From: Capsulimonadaceae bacterium
GTDB taxonomy: Bacteria > Armatimonadota > Armatimonadia > Armatimonadales > Capsulimonadaceae
Direction of reading: 5' to 3'
Assembly (NCBI GenBank): GCA_965215505.1
Contig: OZ244065.1
Span: 448,001 to 512,000, forward strand
DNA length: 64,000 bases
The number at the start of each line of letters is the position of its first letter. Position 1 is the first letter of the stretch. Both the position numbers and the translations under genes were made by a program. The notes below the pieces were generated by a model, which did not search any database, was not told where the DNA came from, and saw only the letters and a list, made by a program, of their open reading frames with translations. This document shows, in pieces, positions 27,826 through 36,567 of the stretch.

Positions 27826-29856
27826 CTATTTTACCTGCGCGCCCGGCTGGACGGCGTCCGGGTCGGCCGGGTGGAGGAGGATGGCGTGGCCCTCGGCGTC
27901 GGTGGCGGCCATGAGCATCCCCTGGGACTCCAGCCCGCGCATCTTGCGCGGGGCGAGGTTGGCGACGACGACGATCTTGCGTCCGGGCAGGTCCTCGGGG
28001 GCGTAGGATTCGGCGATGCCGGCCAATATCTGCCGGGGCGTCTCCTCGCCGATGTCCACGGTGAGCTTGAGCAGCTTGGTCGCGCCCTCGATGCGCTCGG
28101 CGGTCTTGATCTCGCCGATCTTGAGCTGGACCTTGGCGAAGTCCTCGATGGTGATGGTGCTGGGCATGGCGGGCTTTGCTTCTGCGGGAGTCGTCGTCTC
28201 GGTCGTCTGTACGGGCGTAGTCTCGGCCATCTTGGGCGTCTTCTCTTTCTTGGGCTTGTCCGCCGGGGGCGGGGCGTCTTTCTTGATCTCGTCCTTCTTG
28301 ATCTCGATGCGCGGGAAGATCGGCTGCGCCTCCTCGGTCTTCAGCCCGCCCGGCAGGCCGCCCCACCGGGTCGCATGCGCCCAGTCCGTCAGGGGCGCGT
28401 CGCCCAGGCCGAGCTGGGTACGGATGAGGCCCGCGACGTGCGGCAGGAGCGGCGTCAGGAGGACGCCGACGATGCGTGTGGCCTCCAGAGCCGCGTAGAG
28501 CGCGTCGGCGACGCCCTGCGCGTCGCCGGCCTTGTTCAGCTTCCAGGGCGCGGTCCGGTCGATGTCGCCGTTGCCGCCCTCCACCAGCTTGATGACATTG
28601 CCCAGCGCGCCGCCGGGGTCGAGGGCGAGCATGGCTCGCTCCACGTCCTGCGTGACCTCGTTTGCGAGTGTCGCCAGTGCGCCGCCTTCGGTGCGGGCGG
28701 CGGACCCCTCGGGGATGATGCCGCCCGCATACTGCGCCAGCATCTTCAGAGTCCGGTTCAGCAGGTTGCCCAGCTTGTTGCACAGCTCGGGGTTGTAACG
28801 CTTCTCGATCAGGTTCTCGACCGAGAACTCGGCGTCGCTCGTGAACGAGATGTCGCGCAGCAGATAGTAGCGCAGGGCGTCCTTGGCGACGGCCGCCGTC
28901 ATGGTGCTGCGCGCGACCAGGGTATCCACGACCTCCTGCGGGGTGGGGATGTTGCCCTTGGACTTGGAACCCTTTTCGCCGTCCACCAGCCACCAGCCGT
29001 GCCCCAGGACCGTCGTCGGCAGGGCGAGGCCCAGGCCCATCAGCATGGCGGGCCAGAGGAGCGCGTGGAAGCGCACATAGATCTCTTTGCCGACCAGGTG
29101 AACGTCGGCGGGCCAGACCGTGTCCCAGGCGGCGTTGCCGGGCCAGCCGGTCGCGGTGAGATAGTTGATGCAGGCGTCGAACCAGACGTAGACGACCTGC
29201 GAGTCGTCGCCCGGCACGGGGATTCCCCAGCCGGTGTTCCGGCGCGAGATGACCACGTCGCGCAGCCCGCCCTTGACAAACGCCAGGACCTCATTGCGGC
29301 GCGTTTCGGGCTGCAAGAACTCGGGGCGGCTCTCAATGTGTTCCAGGAGCCGGTCGCCGTAGGCGGACAGTTTGAAATAGTAATTGTCTTCGGTGACGCG
29401 CTCGACGACCGCCCCGCTCTCCTTCGCCCGCCCGTTTTCTACTTCTGAGTCTAAAAAGAATGTCTCGTCGGCGACCGAGTACCAGCCCTCATACTGACCG
29501 GCGTAGATGTCGCCCTTCGCCTGGAGCCGCCGGAAAACCTCGGCGACGGCGACCTTGTGGCGCGGCTCCGAGGTGCGGATGAAGTCGTCATTGGAGATGT
29601 CAAGATACTGCCAGCAGTCGCGGAACCGCTGCGAAACCTTGTCCGCGAATGCCTGCGTCTCCATGCCCTCTTTGGCGGCGGCGTTCGCGACCTTCTGCGC
29701 GTGTTCGTCCGTGCCGGTCAGGAAGAAGGCCCGGTCGCCGCGCAGGCGGTGGAAGCGGGCCAGGGCGTCGCACAGCAGTGTCGTCGTCGCCGACCCGACG
29801 TGGGGGGCGCTGTTGACGTAGTAGATGGGCGTCGTGATGTAGAAGGTCTTGTCCAT
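27826..29856 (-). CDS. metG: Methionine--tRNA ligase with C-terminal tRNA-binding domain
   Basis: FYITTPIYYVN, GTDEHAQK, YVWFDA, RFHA..WPAML, IEDFAKV..NLAPRKMRG. Confidence 0.96.
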   Translation of the reverse strand: MDKTFYITTPIYYVNSAPHVGSATTTLLCDALARFHRLRGDRAFFLTGTDEHAQKVANAAAKEGMETQAFADKVSQRFRDCWQYLDISNDDFIRTSEPRHKVAVAEVFRRLQAKGDIYAGQYEGWYSVADETFFLDSEVENGRAKESGAVVERVTEDNYYFKLSAYGDRLLEHIESRPEFLQPETRRNEVLAFVKGGLRDVVISRRNTGWGIPVPGDDSQVVYVWFDACINYLTATGWPGNAAWDTVWPADVHLVGKEIYVRFHALLWPAMLMGLGLALPTTVLGHGWWLVDGEKGSKSKGNIPTPQEVVDTLVARSTMTAAVAKDALRYYLLRDISFTSDAEFSVENLIEKRYNPELCNKLGNLLNRTLKMLAQYAGGIIPEGSAARTEGGALATLANEVTQDVERAMLALDPGGALGNVIKLVEGGNGDIDRTAPWKLNKAGDAQGVADALYAALEATRIVGVLLTPLLPHVAGLIRTQLGLGDAPLTDWAHATRWGGLPGGLKTEEAQPIFPRIEIKKDEIKKDAPPPADKPKKEKTPKMAETTPVQTTETTTPAEAKPAMPSTITIEDFAKVQLKIGEIKTAERIEGATKLLKLTVDIGEETPRQILAGIAESYAPEDLPGRKIVVVANLAPRKMRGLESQGMLMAATDAEGHAILLHPADPDAVQPGAQVK

Positions 29857-29895
29857 TGGGGCTATGTTACCCGACTTTGCCGCCCCACGGCAACT

Positions 29896-29935
29896 AAAAA
29901 GCCCCCCCGTCCCCATTCGAGGGGGACGGGGGGGC
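29896..29935 (-). terminator. Intrinsic terminator of the catalase gene
   Basis: GCCCCCCCGTCCCC hairpin followed by TTTTT on the minus strand. Confidence 0.8.
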
Positions 29936-29954
29936 CAGCCAAAGCACGGGCGCT

Positions 29955-30851
29955 CTACATGTTCTTCATCAGGCGGGCGGTGATTTCTTTCATTTCGCCC
30001 ATGTCGAAGGACGGAATGCCGCTCGCGGGGGCGGGATCGAGGTCCGCCAGGGAATGCCCCTGCGGGACCCCTTCGCGCACTTCCAGCGGCTGGCCGTCTT
30101 CGGGGTGGGTGCCGTTGAAGACCGCGCCGATGGTCTTGAAGTCCTCGTCACTGAAGCGGTACAGGGACCGGTGCAGGCCCTTCTCGATGAACTCGCGGCA
30201 CTCGGGAATCTTATCGGTGCGGATGTCCGGGATGGGGAGCATCTTCGGCACGTCCACTCCGGTGATCTTCTCCAGGGCGACCGCGTAGGCGAGCTGGTGG
30301 ACGCCGCCGCGGCAGAGCAGGTAGCCGGTCAGCCGCCGGACGACGGGGTTGGTGCTGCTCTCATAGACGCGGAGTTTGCCCATGCGCGCGCCGCTCTCCA
30401 AAAAGAAGTTGTGCAGCATGTCCAGCACGAGGTTGCCGCTGCTGAAGACGTAGTCTCCGCGCCAGGGTGCCCCCATCGCGTCGGCGGCCAGCGTGCTGTT
30501 GCCGTTGTTGATGAACTGGTGGCGAATGCCGTTGCCCCCGTTCAGCTTGGAAAGCGGCGCGTCGTCAGGGTCCGCCTTGGGCGGCTCGCCGCCGTTCTGG
30601 AGCAGGTTGATGGTGGCGGCGACCAGCTCGACGTGGCCGAACTCTTCCGCCGTGATGCTGGCGACCAGGTCGTAGAACGGGAGGATCTGGTCGCGCCCGC
30701 GCATGTTGAACGACTGGTACATGTAGTTGTTCAGCGTGGACATCTCGCCGAAACGGCCGCCCATCAGCTCCTGCACGACCGCCGCAGCGGCGGGGTCGGG
30801 GTTGACATTCTTCGGCAGATCAACCTGCAATTTGTCGATACGTTTGAACAT
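29955..30851 (-). CDS. Manganese catalase
   Basis: QELMGGRFGEMST, AEEFGHVE, NFFLESGAR, RGGVHQLAY. Confidence 0.93.
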   Translation of the reverse strand: MFKRIDKLQVDLPKNVNPDPAAAAVVQELMGGRFGEMSTLNNYMYQSFNMRGRDQILPFYDLVASITAEEFGHVELVAATINLLQNGGEPPKADPDDAPLSKLNGGNGIRHQFINNGNSTLAADAMGAPWRGDYVFSSGNLVLDMLHNFFLESGARMGKLRVYESSTNPVVRRLTGYLLCRGGVHQLAYAVALEKITGVDVPKMLPIPDIRTDKIPECREFIEKGLHRSLYRFSDEDFKTIGAVFNGTHPEDGQPLEVREGVPQGHSLADLDPAPASGIPSFDMGEMKEITARLMKNM

Positions 30852-31060
30852 CGGGGGAAGTCCTCTCTAGACTATGAGGCATGGACAAGTGGGACAATGG
30901 CCTGGCAGGATTACCAGCATGGCCCGGTTTACCCGGATGTATTTTTGCTCTAACGGAGCAGGCGATAAGATTTGCCGGTAGGAGGCCGGATGAGGAAGGG
31001 CCGCGTAGGGATCAATCCCCGCGCGGCCCTCCCATCAGAATCTCTGTCGGCCCATCGCCC

Positions 31061-31300
31061 TCAATCCGCCGCGCAGGCCCCGCCGCAGCAGCCGCCGGGC
31101 GCGCCGCAGTGGAAGGGTCCGGGCATGGCGGAGCGCCCACCGTCCCGGACCACGGCCTGGGCCGTGAGCGAGATCTTGCGGGCGGTCTTGGCCGCGCCGC
31201 ACTGCGGGCAGGTCGTGTCGGGGGCGTCTCGGCGGCTGGCGGGGACGAGCGCCTCGAAGTCGGTGTCACAGGCACGGCAGACGTATTCGTAAAGGGGCAT
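31061..31300 (-). CDS. FmdB-family zinc-ribbon protein
   Basis: MPLYEYVCRAC..FE..CPQCG and a Cys/Gly tail. Confidence 0.9.
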   Translation of the reverse strand: MPLYEYVCRACDTDFEALVPASRRDAPDTTCPQCGAAKTARKISLTAQAVVRDGGRSAMPGPFHCGAPGGCCGGACAAD

Positions 31301-31372
31301 GGTCGTGTCTCCAGGGATGCAGTTATGCAATTGTACCCGAAGCAGAACGGTCCGTCGCTCGACAGGGGTGTG

Positions 31373-33028
31373 CTACTGTACAGTGACCGTGAGTGGGGAT
31401 ACCACAGACTTCGGTACACCAGAAGTGGCGGAGTCATAAAAATTGCCACCGACGGTGAACTTGTCCCCGTTGCTTAGACCCGCGACGGTCGAGAGGATGT
31501 TCCTGCTGGAACCCCCACCAGCGCCAAAGGACGCGCTCGTAGATTGGAAATTGGCGACCTTTGTGATCCCGTAGGTGGAGGGCAACCCCATCATCGGGGA
31601 AATTGGGTCGAAGGTGACATCCACGCTGCGCGACTGCGACCCGTTCACATAGGTCGCGGTGAGTGAGTAAGTGGCCTGATGGCCTGCGGTGATGATCGCC
31701 GGGCCGGAGATGGCCAAGGAGTTCGCCACATAAGTCCATCCGGTCGGGGCCGTATAAGCCTCCACCGGCGTCAGCAGGCCCAGCGGCAGGACGTTCGCGG
31801 CCAGGATGACCGCCACCCCGCCGGAGAGGGCCAGCCGGCCCGCCCGGCGCAGGGCCGGAGGAACACGCACGGCGGCGGGTTCCGGCTCCTCGCCGCGCGC
31901 CGCCGCAAGACCGACGCCCAGCAGCGCCCAGAACAGGAGGGACGCCTCGGGGAACTGCCAGGAGGGGCTGGCGAGGGCGTCCACGGCCTGCCCCGCGACG
32001 ACGCTGAGGGAGGCGATGACCAGCGCGTCCTGGCCGGGCGAGCGGTGCCGCCGCGCCCGCAGGGGTCCCGCCTGCGGAGTCCGCGCCCGCCGGAGCCGGC
32101 CCAGGCCCAGGCAGACGAACGACGCCAGGGCGGCGACGTACAGCCCCAGCCCGACCAGGCCGGTTTCGGCCGCCGTTTGCAGGTATAGGTCGTGGGCCTC
32201 CTCCGACAGCGAGGGGCGCTCCGAGGGCAGGAGAGGGCTGCCGGCCCGTGTCCACGCCCACTGCGCGCCGGGATAGCGGCCCAGGCCGATCCCGGCCAGC
32301 GGGTGTGCCGCCGCCAGCCGCGATGCGCCGCGCCAGAGCGTGAGCCGCTCCTGCCAGCTCTTGTCCACACCGAGCGCCGAGAGGGTGCCGACCCGCGCCG
32401 TCATCGGCGCGCGCAGGTCCGCGGGCGTGAGGAGCAGCCAGAGCGCCAGTCCGGCCACGGCCAGCGCCGCCGCCGCCAGGAGAATGGCCCGGCCCATGCG
32501 CCGGCGGCTGCCGGCGCGGAAGAGCCACAGGCAGCCGAATACCAGGGTGGCGGCCAGAGCGCCCGCCCAGGCGCTCCGCGTCTGGCTCAGGGCCAGGCAG
32601 AGCGCGCCGCCGCCCGCCACCGCGAGGCTCCCCAGCCGCCAGCGCGGGTCCCGCGCGGTCAGGGCGACGGCCACGACCGGCGGCAAAAGCAGCAGCAGGA
32701 CGCTCCCATAGATCTGATGGTCCCGGTACGGCCCGGTCAGGCCGCCCCCGCCCGGATGCAGGCCGTCCGCGATACCCAGCAGCGCGAGCGCCCCGGCCAG
32801 CGTGACGGCGAACCGGGCGGCGAGCTTGGTGTGCCGGAAGAACGCACCCAGGGCGAGCGCCAGCCCGATCCCCGCGCCCCAGCGCAGCGTCTCGGTCAGC
32901 GCGGCCCGCGCCCAGGGCGTCCCCAGGCTGCGCCCCGCCGACAGCAGGAGCCAGAACAGCAGGCCCAGGAGCCAGAACTCCGGGCGCGTGACGGCGGCGA
33001 CGATGCTTCGGACAATCCTTTGCCTCAT
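31373..33028 (-). CDS. O-antigen ligase (Wzy_C)-family protein with C-terminal Ig-like extension
   Basis: Multiple TMs, LSQTRSAW, ERLTLW, HPLAGIGLG, AHDLYLQTAAETGLVG. Beta-rich Ser/Thr tail. Confidence 0.85.
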   Translation of the reverse strand: MRQRIVRSIVAAVTRPEFWLLGLLFWLLLSAGRSLGTPWARAALTETLRWGAGIGLALALGAFFRHTKLAARFAVTLAGALALLGIADGLHPGGGGLTGPYRDHQIYGSVLLLLLPPVVAVALTARDPRWRLGSLAVAGGGALCLALSQTRSAWAGALAATLVFGCLWLFRAGSRRRMGRAILLAAAALAVAGLALWLLLTPADLRAPMTARVGTLSALGVDKSWQERLTLWRGASRLAAAHPLAGIGLGRYPGAQWAWTRAGSPLLPSERPSLSEEAHDLYLQTAAETGLVGLGLYVAALASFVCLGLGRLRRARTPQAGPLRARRHRSPGQDALVIASLSVVAGQAVDALASPSWQFPEASLLFWALLGVGLAAARGEEPEPAAVRVPPALRRAGRLALSGGVAVILAANVLPLGLLTPVEAYTAPTGWTYVANSLAISGPAIITAGHQATYSLTATYVNGSQSRSVDVTFDPISPMMGLPSTYGITKVANFQSTSASFGAGGGSSRNILSTVAGLSNGDKFTVGGNFYDSATSGVPKSVVSPLTVTVQ

Positions 33029-33179
33029 GGTGATCCCTCCCTAGAACGTCATTCAGTTGTGTGATCAGAAGTGTGTGGCGATGAAAACGTGCGAGAGTGT
33101 GCGGAAAATGTCGCCGGCGCGCGTCCGTGAGTGGGGGTGGCTTCCTGCCAATTTCCCCGCCGGTCGAAGAGTCTTCTTC

Positions 33180-33208
33180 ATTCTAGCACGACCCCGCCTG
33201 CTTGTCAA
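33180..33208 (-). promoter_or_regulatory. Sigma70 promoter
   Basis: TTGACA-N17-TAGAAT with TG extension. Confidence 0.75.
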
Positions 33209-33252
33209 GGGGAAAACAAGGAATCTCGCCCCCTCTTCGCGAACGGGGCCGC

Positions 33253-34161
33253 ATGACCCCCAATGCCCCCCCGACAAGCGTCCTCACCGCGAGCGCCCTC
33301 TGGCGCGCGACCCGCGCCTACTCGTTCCCCGCGAGCGTCATCCCCGTCCTGCTGGGGACGGCCCTGGCCGCGCGGGGGTACGCCTACCCCGGCCACACCC
33401 ATTTCGACGGGCCGGCCTTCGCCCTGACTCTGGTGGGTGCGGTCCTGGCGCACTTCGGCGCGAACGTCCTCAACGACTACTTCGACTTCGTGAACGGCGT
33501 AGACACGCGGCCCGAACACGGCAGCGGCGTCCTCACGGGCGGGCTGATGTCCGCCCGCCAGGCGCTGGCCTTCGGCGCGGCCCTGATGGCCGGGGCCGCC
33601 GCCTGCGGCCTGCTGCTCCTGCCCGGCCACGCCGCCGCCGTCCTGCCGCTGGCCCTGGTCGGCCTGGGCTGCGCCGTCCTGTACCCCGCCGTCCTGAAGC
33701 GCTACGCCCTGGGCGACTTCCTGATCATCCTCGCCTTCGGCCTGGGGCTGACGCTCGGCGCTTACGCGGTGCAGCAGAGTGGCGCGCTGTCCGCGCGCCA
33801 GTGGCTCCTGGTTTCGCTGTATGCCGTCCCCGTCTGCCTCTTGGTGGATGCGATCCTGCACGCCAACAACCTGCGGGACGCCCCGGACGACCGCGCCGCC
33901 CACGTCCGCACCCTGGCGACCCTGCTGACGCCCGGAGCAGGCCAGGCGCTCCAGGTTTTCCTGCTCTTCGGGCCGGTCGCCTTCGCCGTGGGCGGCGTTC
34001 TATTTCACCTGCTCCCGGTCTGGAGCCTGACGACCCTGCTCGCCGTGCCCCTGCTGGTCAGCGCCTATAAAACGGGCAGCGTGCCCGGCACGGCGCAGAC
34101 GCACCTCCTCTTCGGCCTGCTCTACACGGCCTCGCTCCTGTTCAAACCCGTCTTCGTCTGA
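33253..34161 (+). CDS. UbiA/MenA-family prenyltransferase
   Basis: NVLNDYFDFVNGVD and ANNLRDAPDD..RTLA aspartate motifs. Confidence 0.88.
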   Translation: MTPNAPPTSVLTASALWRATRAYSFPASVIPVLLGTALAARGYAYPGHTHFDGPAFALTLVGAVLAHFGANVLNDYFDFVNGVDTRPEHGSGVLTGGLMSARQALAFGAALMAGAAACGLLLLPGHAAAVLPLALVGLGCAVLYPAVLKRYALGDFLIILAFGLGLTLGAYAVQQSGALSARQWLLVSLYAVPVCLLVDAILHANNLRDAPDDRAAHVRTLATLLTPGAGQALQVFLLFGPVAFAVGGVLFHLLPVWSLTTLLAVPLLVSAYKTGSVPGTAQTHLLFGLLYTASLLFKPVFV

Positions 34162-34543
34162 GCGCGACTTCGAGCAGGGCGGCCAGGGCTACGCCGATGA
34201 CATAGCAGAGGAGGTTGGAGGCGCTGAAGCCGACGCCGAAGACGAGCGCCCCCGCCCGGCTGTGCCGGGCGGCCACCAGCCAGGGGGTCTGCGCGAACTT
34301 CAAGGCCTCGATCCCGAAGCAGAACAGCGTCGCGGCCAGTGCGGCGTAGAGGGTGGAACGGCGCGGGAAGAGGAAGCCGACCAGCCAGAAGGCCATGGTC
34401 GCATACAGCGCGTCCCCGGCGTTCTTCGCCAGCCACGGCGGCAGGAAGGCCGAGAACTTGCGCGAGGTGAGGCCGAGGGCGATGGTCAGCGCGATGAGGA
34501 GGGCGTAGGCGCGGCGGCTGCGCGGCGTTTTCAGGATGCTCAC
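34142..34543 (-). CDS. DUF2809-family membrane protein
   Basis: GLTSR..GDALYA..IE..LVFGVGF..LLCY.IG. GTG start overlaps the vapC stop. Confidence 0.75.
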   Translation of the reverse strand: MSILKTPRSRRAYALLIALTIALGLTSRKFSAFLPPWLAKNAGDALYATMAFWLVGFLFPRRSTLYAALAATLFCFGIEALKFAQTPWLVAARHSRAGALVFGVGFSASNLLCYVIGVALAALLEVALRRRRV

Positions 34544-34923
34544 CAGAGGCGGGTGATGCCGTAGGCATCGAAAGCCTTGTCGGCGCTGACCACGGCCATG
34601 TTTTCCGTGATGCTCTGCGCGATGATGAGCCGGTCGAACGGGCCGCGGTGGTGAAACGGGAGCCTGGAAACCAGAGCCAGGTGTGCCATCTTGATTGGCA
34701 ATAGTTGGATGTTGTTGCGCGCGATCTGTTCCGCCACGAAATCCTCCACAGGTGCGGGGAAGACCAGTTTGCCCGTGCCGACCTTGATCGCCATCTCCCA
34801 TACGCTCGCGAGGCTCAGTGAAACATCGTCTTCCGTCTCAATGCGGTTTTTCGCCGCGGTACTTAACTGAGGCGCGTCGAAGACGAACCAGATGAACGTG
34901 TGAGTGTCCAGTAGAGACATCAC
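34540..34923 (-). CDS. vapC: VapC PIN-domain toxin
   Basis: LLDTHTFIW, SLASVWEMAIK..GKL, HHRGPFDRLIIAQ, VSAD. Confidence 0.92.
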   Translation of the reverse strand: MMSLLDTHTFIWFVFDAPQLSTAAKNRIETEDDVSLSLASVWEMAIKVGTGKLVFPAPVEDFVAEQIARNNIQLLPIKMAHLALVSRLPFHHRGPFDRLIIAQSITENMAVVSADKAFDAYGITRLW

Positions 34924-35231
34924 ATGTATTCCTTGAAGTCTTCGAGCGGCGCGTCGAAATCTTCCGACATCCAGTAGGCCCCCTGCGCCGTCCCGGCACT
35001 CCGTTTTGGCGGCTGCTTCTCCTGCGCGTCAGTGATAGGCTCATCGAAGTCAGGCAACAGGCTAAACATCCCCTTCGCGCTGCCGAACTGCGGGCGTGGC
35101 TTCTCGGCGGGCTGCTTGTTCTCCCGCTCGAACTCCGTCAGCGTTTGCAGCAGGCGTGCCGCGACGGCGTCCTGCTCGGCGTCGGGCAGGGGGGAGACTT
35201 GGGCCAGGACTTTTTCCAAGAGCGCGGTCAT
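34920..35231 (-). CDS. DUF2281-type antitoxin with duplicated C-terminal motif
   Basis: FGSAKG..PDFDEP and AGTAQG..SEDFDAPLEDFKEYM. Coupled to vapC. Confidence 0.85.
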   Translation of the reverse strand: MTALLEKVLAQVSPLPDAEQDAVAARLLQTLTEFERENKQPAEKPRPQFGSAKGMFSLLPDFDEPITDAQEKQPPKRSAGTAQGAYWMSEDFDAPLEDFKEYM

Positions 35232-35356
35232 TCGTTGTCACCTCCGGTCGTACTGCTATTCTACCTGAATGCACAACAAACACGCCTCCCCCGCGCGGCA
35301 GCGCCGGCGGCCCCTGACGTAAAGAGCGTAAAATACTTGCATTCTGCTCACAACAC

Positions 35357-35424
35357 TTGTCAAATGTCTCATTTGGTGCTATAATGACGGCTGAGGCCGA
35401 ACATCTGTTGCCGAACGGATGTGC
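35357..35424 (+). promoter_or_regulatory. lexA promoter with tandem GAAC-N4-GTTC-like SOS boxes
   Basis: TTGTCA-N17-TATAAT. GAAC-ATCT-GTTG (35399-35410) and GAAC-GGAT-GTGC (35413-35424). Confidence 0.7.
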
Positions 35425-35465
35425 CTTGTCATTCTTTTCGACCCGCGAGGGGAGGGAACAGAGCC

Positions 35466-36089
35466 ATGCAAAAACCAATTTCCAGCCGCCAGCAGCAAAT
35501 ATTACGTTACATCCAGCAGCACATGGACGCCCACGGCTACCCGCCGACCGTCCGCGAGATCGGGAGCGCCGTCAGCCTGTCGTCGTCGTCCACGGTCCAC
35601 GCGCACCTGAAGTCGCTGCAAGAGCAGGGACACATCGAGCGAGACGCCGTGCTGACGCGGGCGATCAAGCTGACGGGGACGGGCGGCGATGAGGGCCGGC
35701 CGCCGGTCAAGTCGTTCATCCAGATGCCGATCATCGGGACTGTCGCGGCGGGCAAGCCGCGTCTGGCCGTGGAGGACGTCGAAGACGTCTTCCCGCTGCC
35801 CTCGGACTTCATCTCCGGCGACGGGTTCATGCTGCGCGTCATAGGGGACAGCATGATCGAGGACGGCATCCACGAGGGCGACCTGGTCGTCGTGCGCCGC
35901 CAGCAGACCGCCGACAACGGCGAAACGGTGGTCGCCATGATTGACAACGAGGCGACCGTCAAGCGGTTCTACAAGGAGAAGTCGCGGATTCGCTTGCAGC
36001 CCGCCAACAAGCGGATGAAGCCCATGTACTTCGACAACGTGGATATCGCCGGCAAGGTCGTGGGGCTGGTCCGGCACCTCGCCTGGTAA
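35466..36089 (+). CDS. lexA: LexA repressor
   Basis: GYPPTVREI..STVHAHL, VAAG cleavage site, GDSM catalytic Ser, TVKR catalytic Lys. Confidence 0.96.
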   Translation: MQKPISSRQQQILRYIQQHMDAHGYPPTVREIGSAVSLSSSSTVHAHLKSLQEQGHIERDAVLTRAIKLTGTGGDEGRPPVKSFIQMPIIGTVAAGKPRLAVEDVEDVFPLPSDFISGDGFMLRVIGDSMIEDGIHEGDLVVVRRQQTADNGETVVAMIDNEATVKRFYKEKSRIRLQPANKRMKPMYFDNVDIAGKVVGLVRHLAW

Positions 36090-36105
36090 GCGAAAGGAAC
36101 ACAGG

Positions 36106-36567
36106 ATGCCACACATCGAGAACCATGCCGAGATCAATGCACCCCTGGAAGCGGTCTTCGTACTGGCGCGGGATCAGGAAGCTTTCCCGCGGTTCATGCC
36201 GGACGTGGAGAGCGTGACGGTGGCGGAGCGGAGCGCGGACGGCAGCCGGGTGGTGACGGACTGGGTGGCGGTGGCCTCCGACTTCAAGCTGAAGGTGCGC
36301 TGGACCGAGGAAGACGTTTGGGACGAGGCCGCGCACACCTGCCGCTTCACGCAGCTCAAGGGCGACTACACCGCCTACGGCGGCCTGTGGACGTTCACGG
36401 CGGACGGGCCGAACCTGACGCGCTTCCAGTCCGAGATTGATTACGAGCTGGACATCCCACTCATCGGCCCGCTGCTCAAGGCCGTCGTCGCGCGGCTGAT
36501 GCGGGACAACACGCAGAAGATTCTGGAGGCCATCAAGGCGCGTGCCGAGCAACCTTCGCCGGGCTGA
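36106..36567 (+). CDS. SRPBCC/START-domain (cyclase/dehydrase) protein
   Basis: INAPLEAVF..FPRFMPDV..W..GD..GLWTF. Confidence 0.85.
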   Translation: MPHIENHAEINAPLEAVFVLARDQEAFPRFMPDVESVTVAERSADGSRVVTDWVAVASDFKLKVRWTEEDVWDEAAHTCRFTQLKGDYTAYGGLWTFTADGPNLTRFQSEIDYELDIPLIGPLLKAVVARLMRDNTQKILEAIKARAEQPSPG

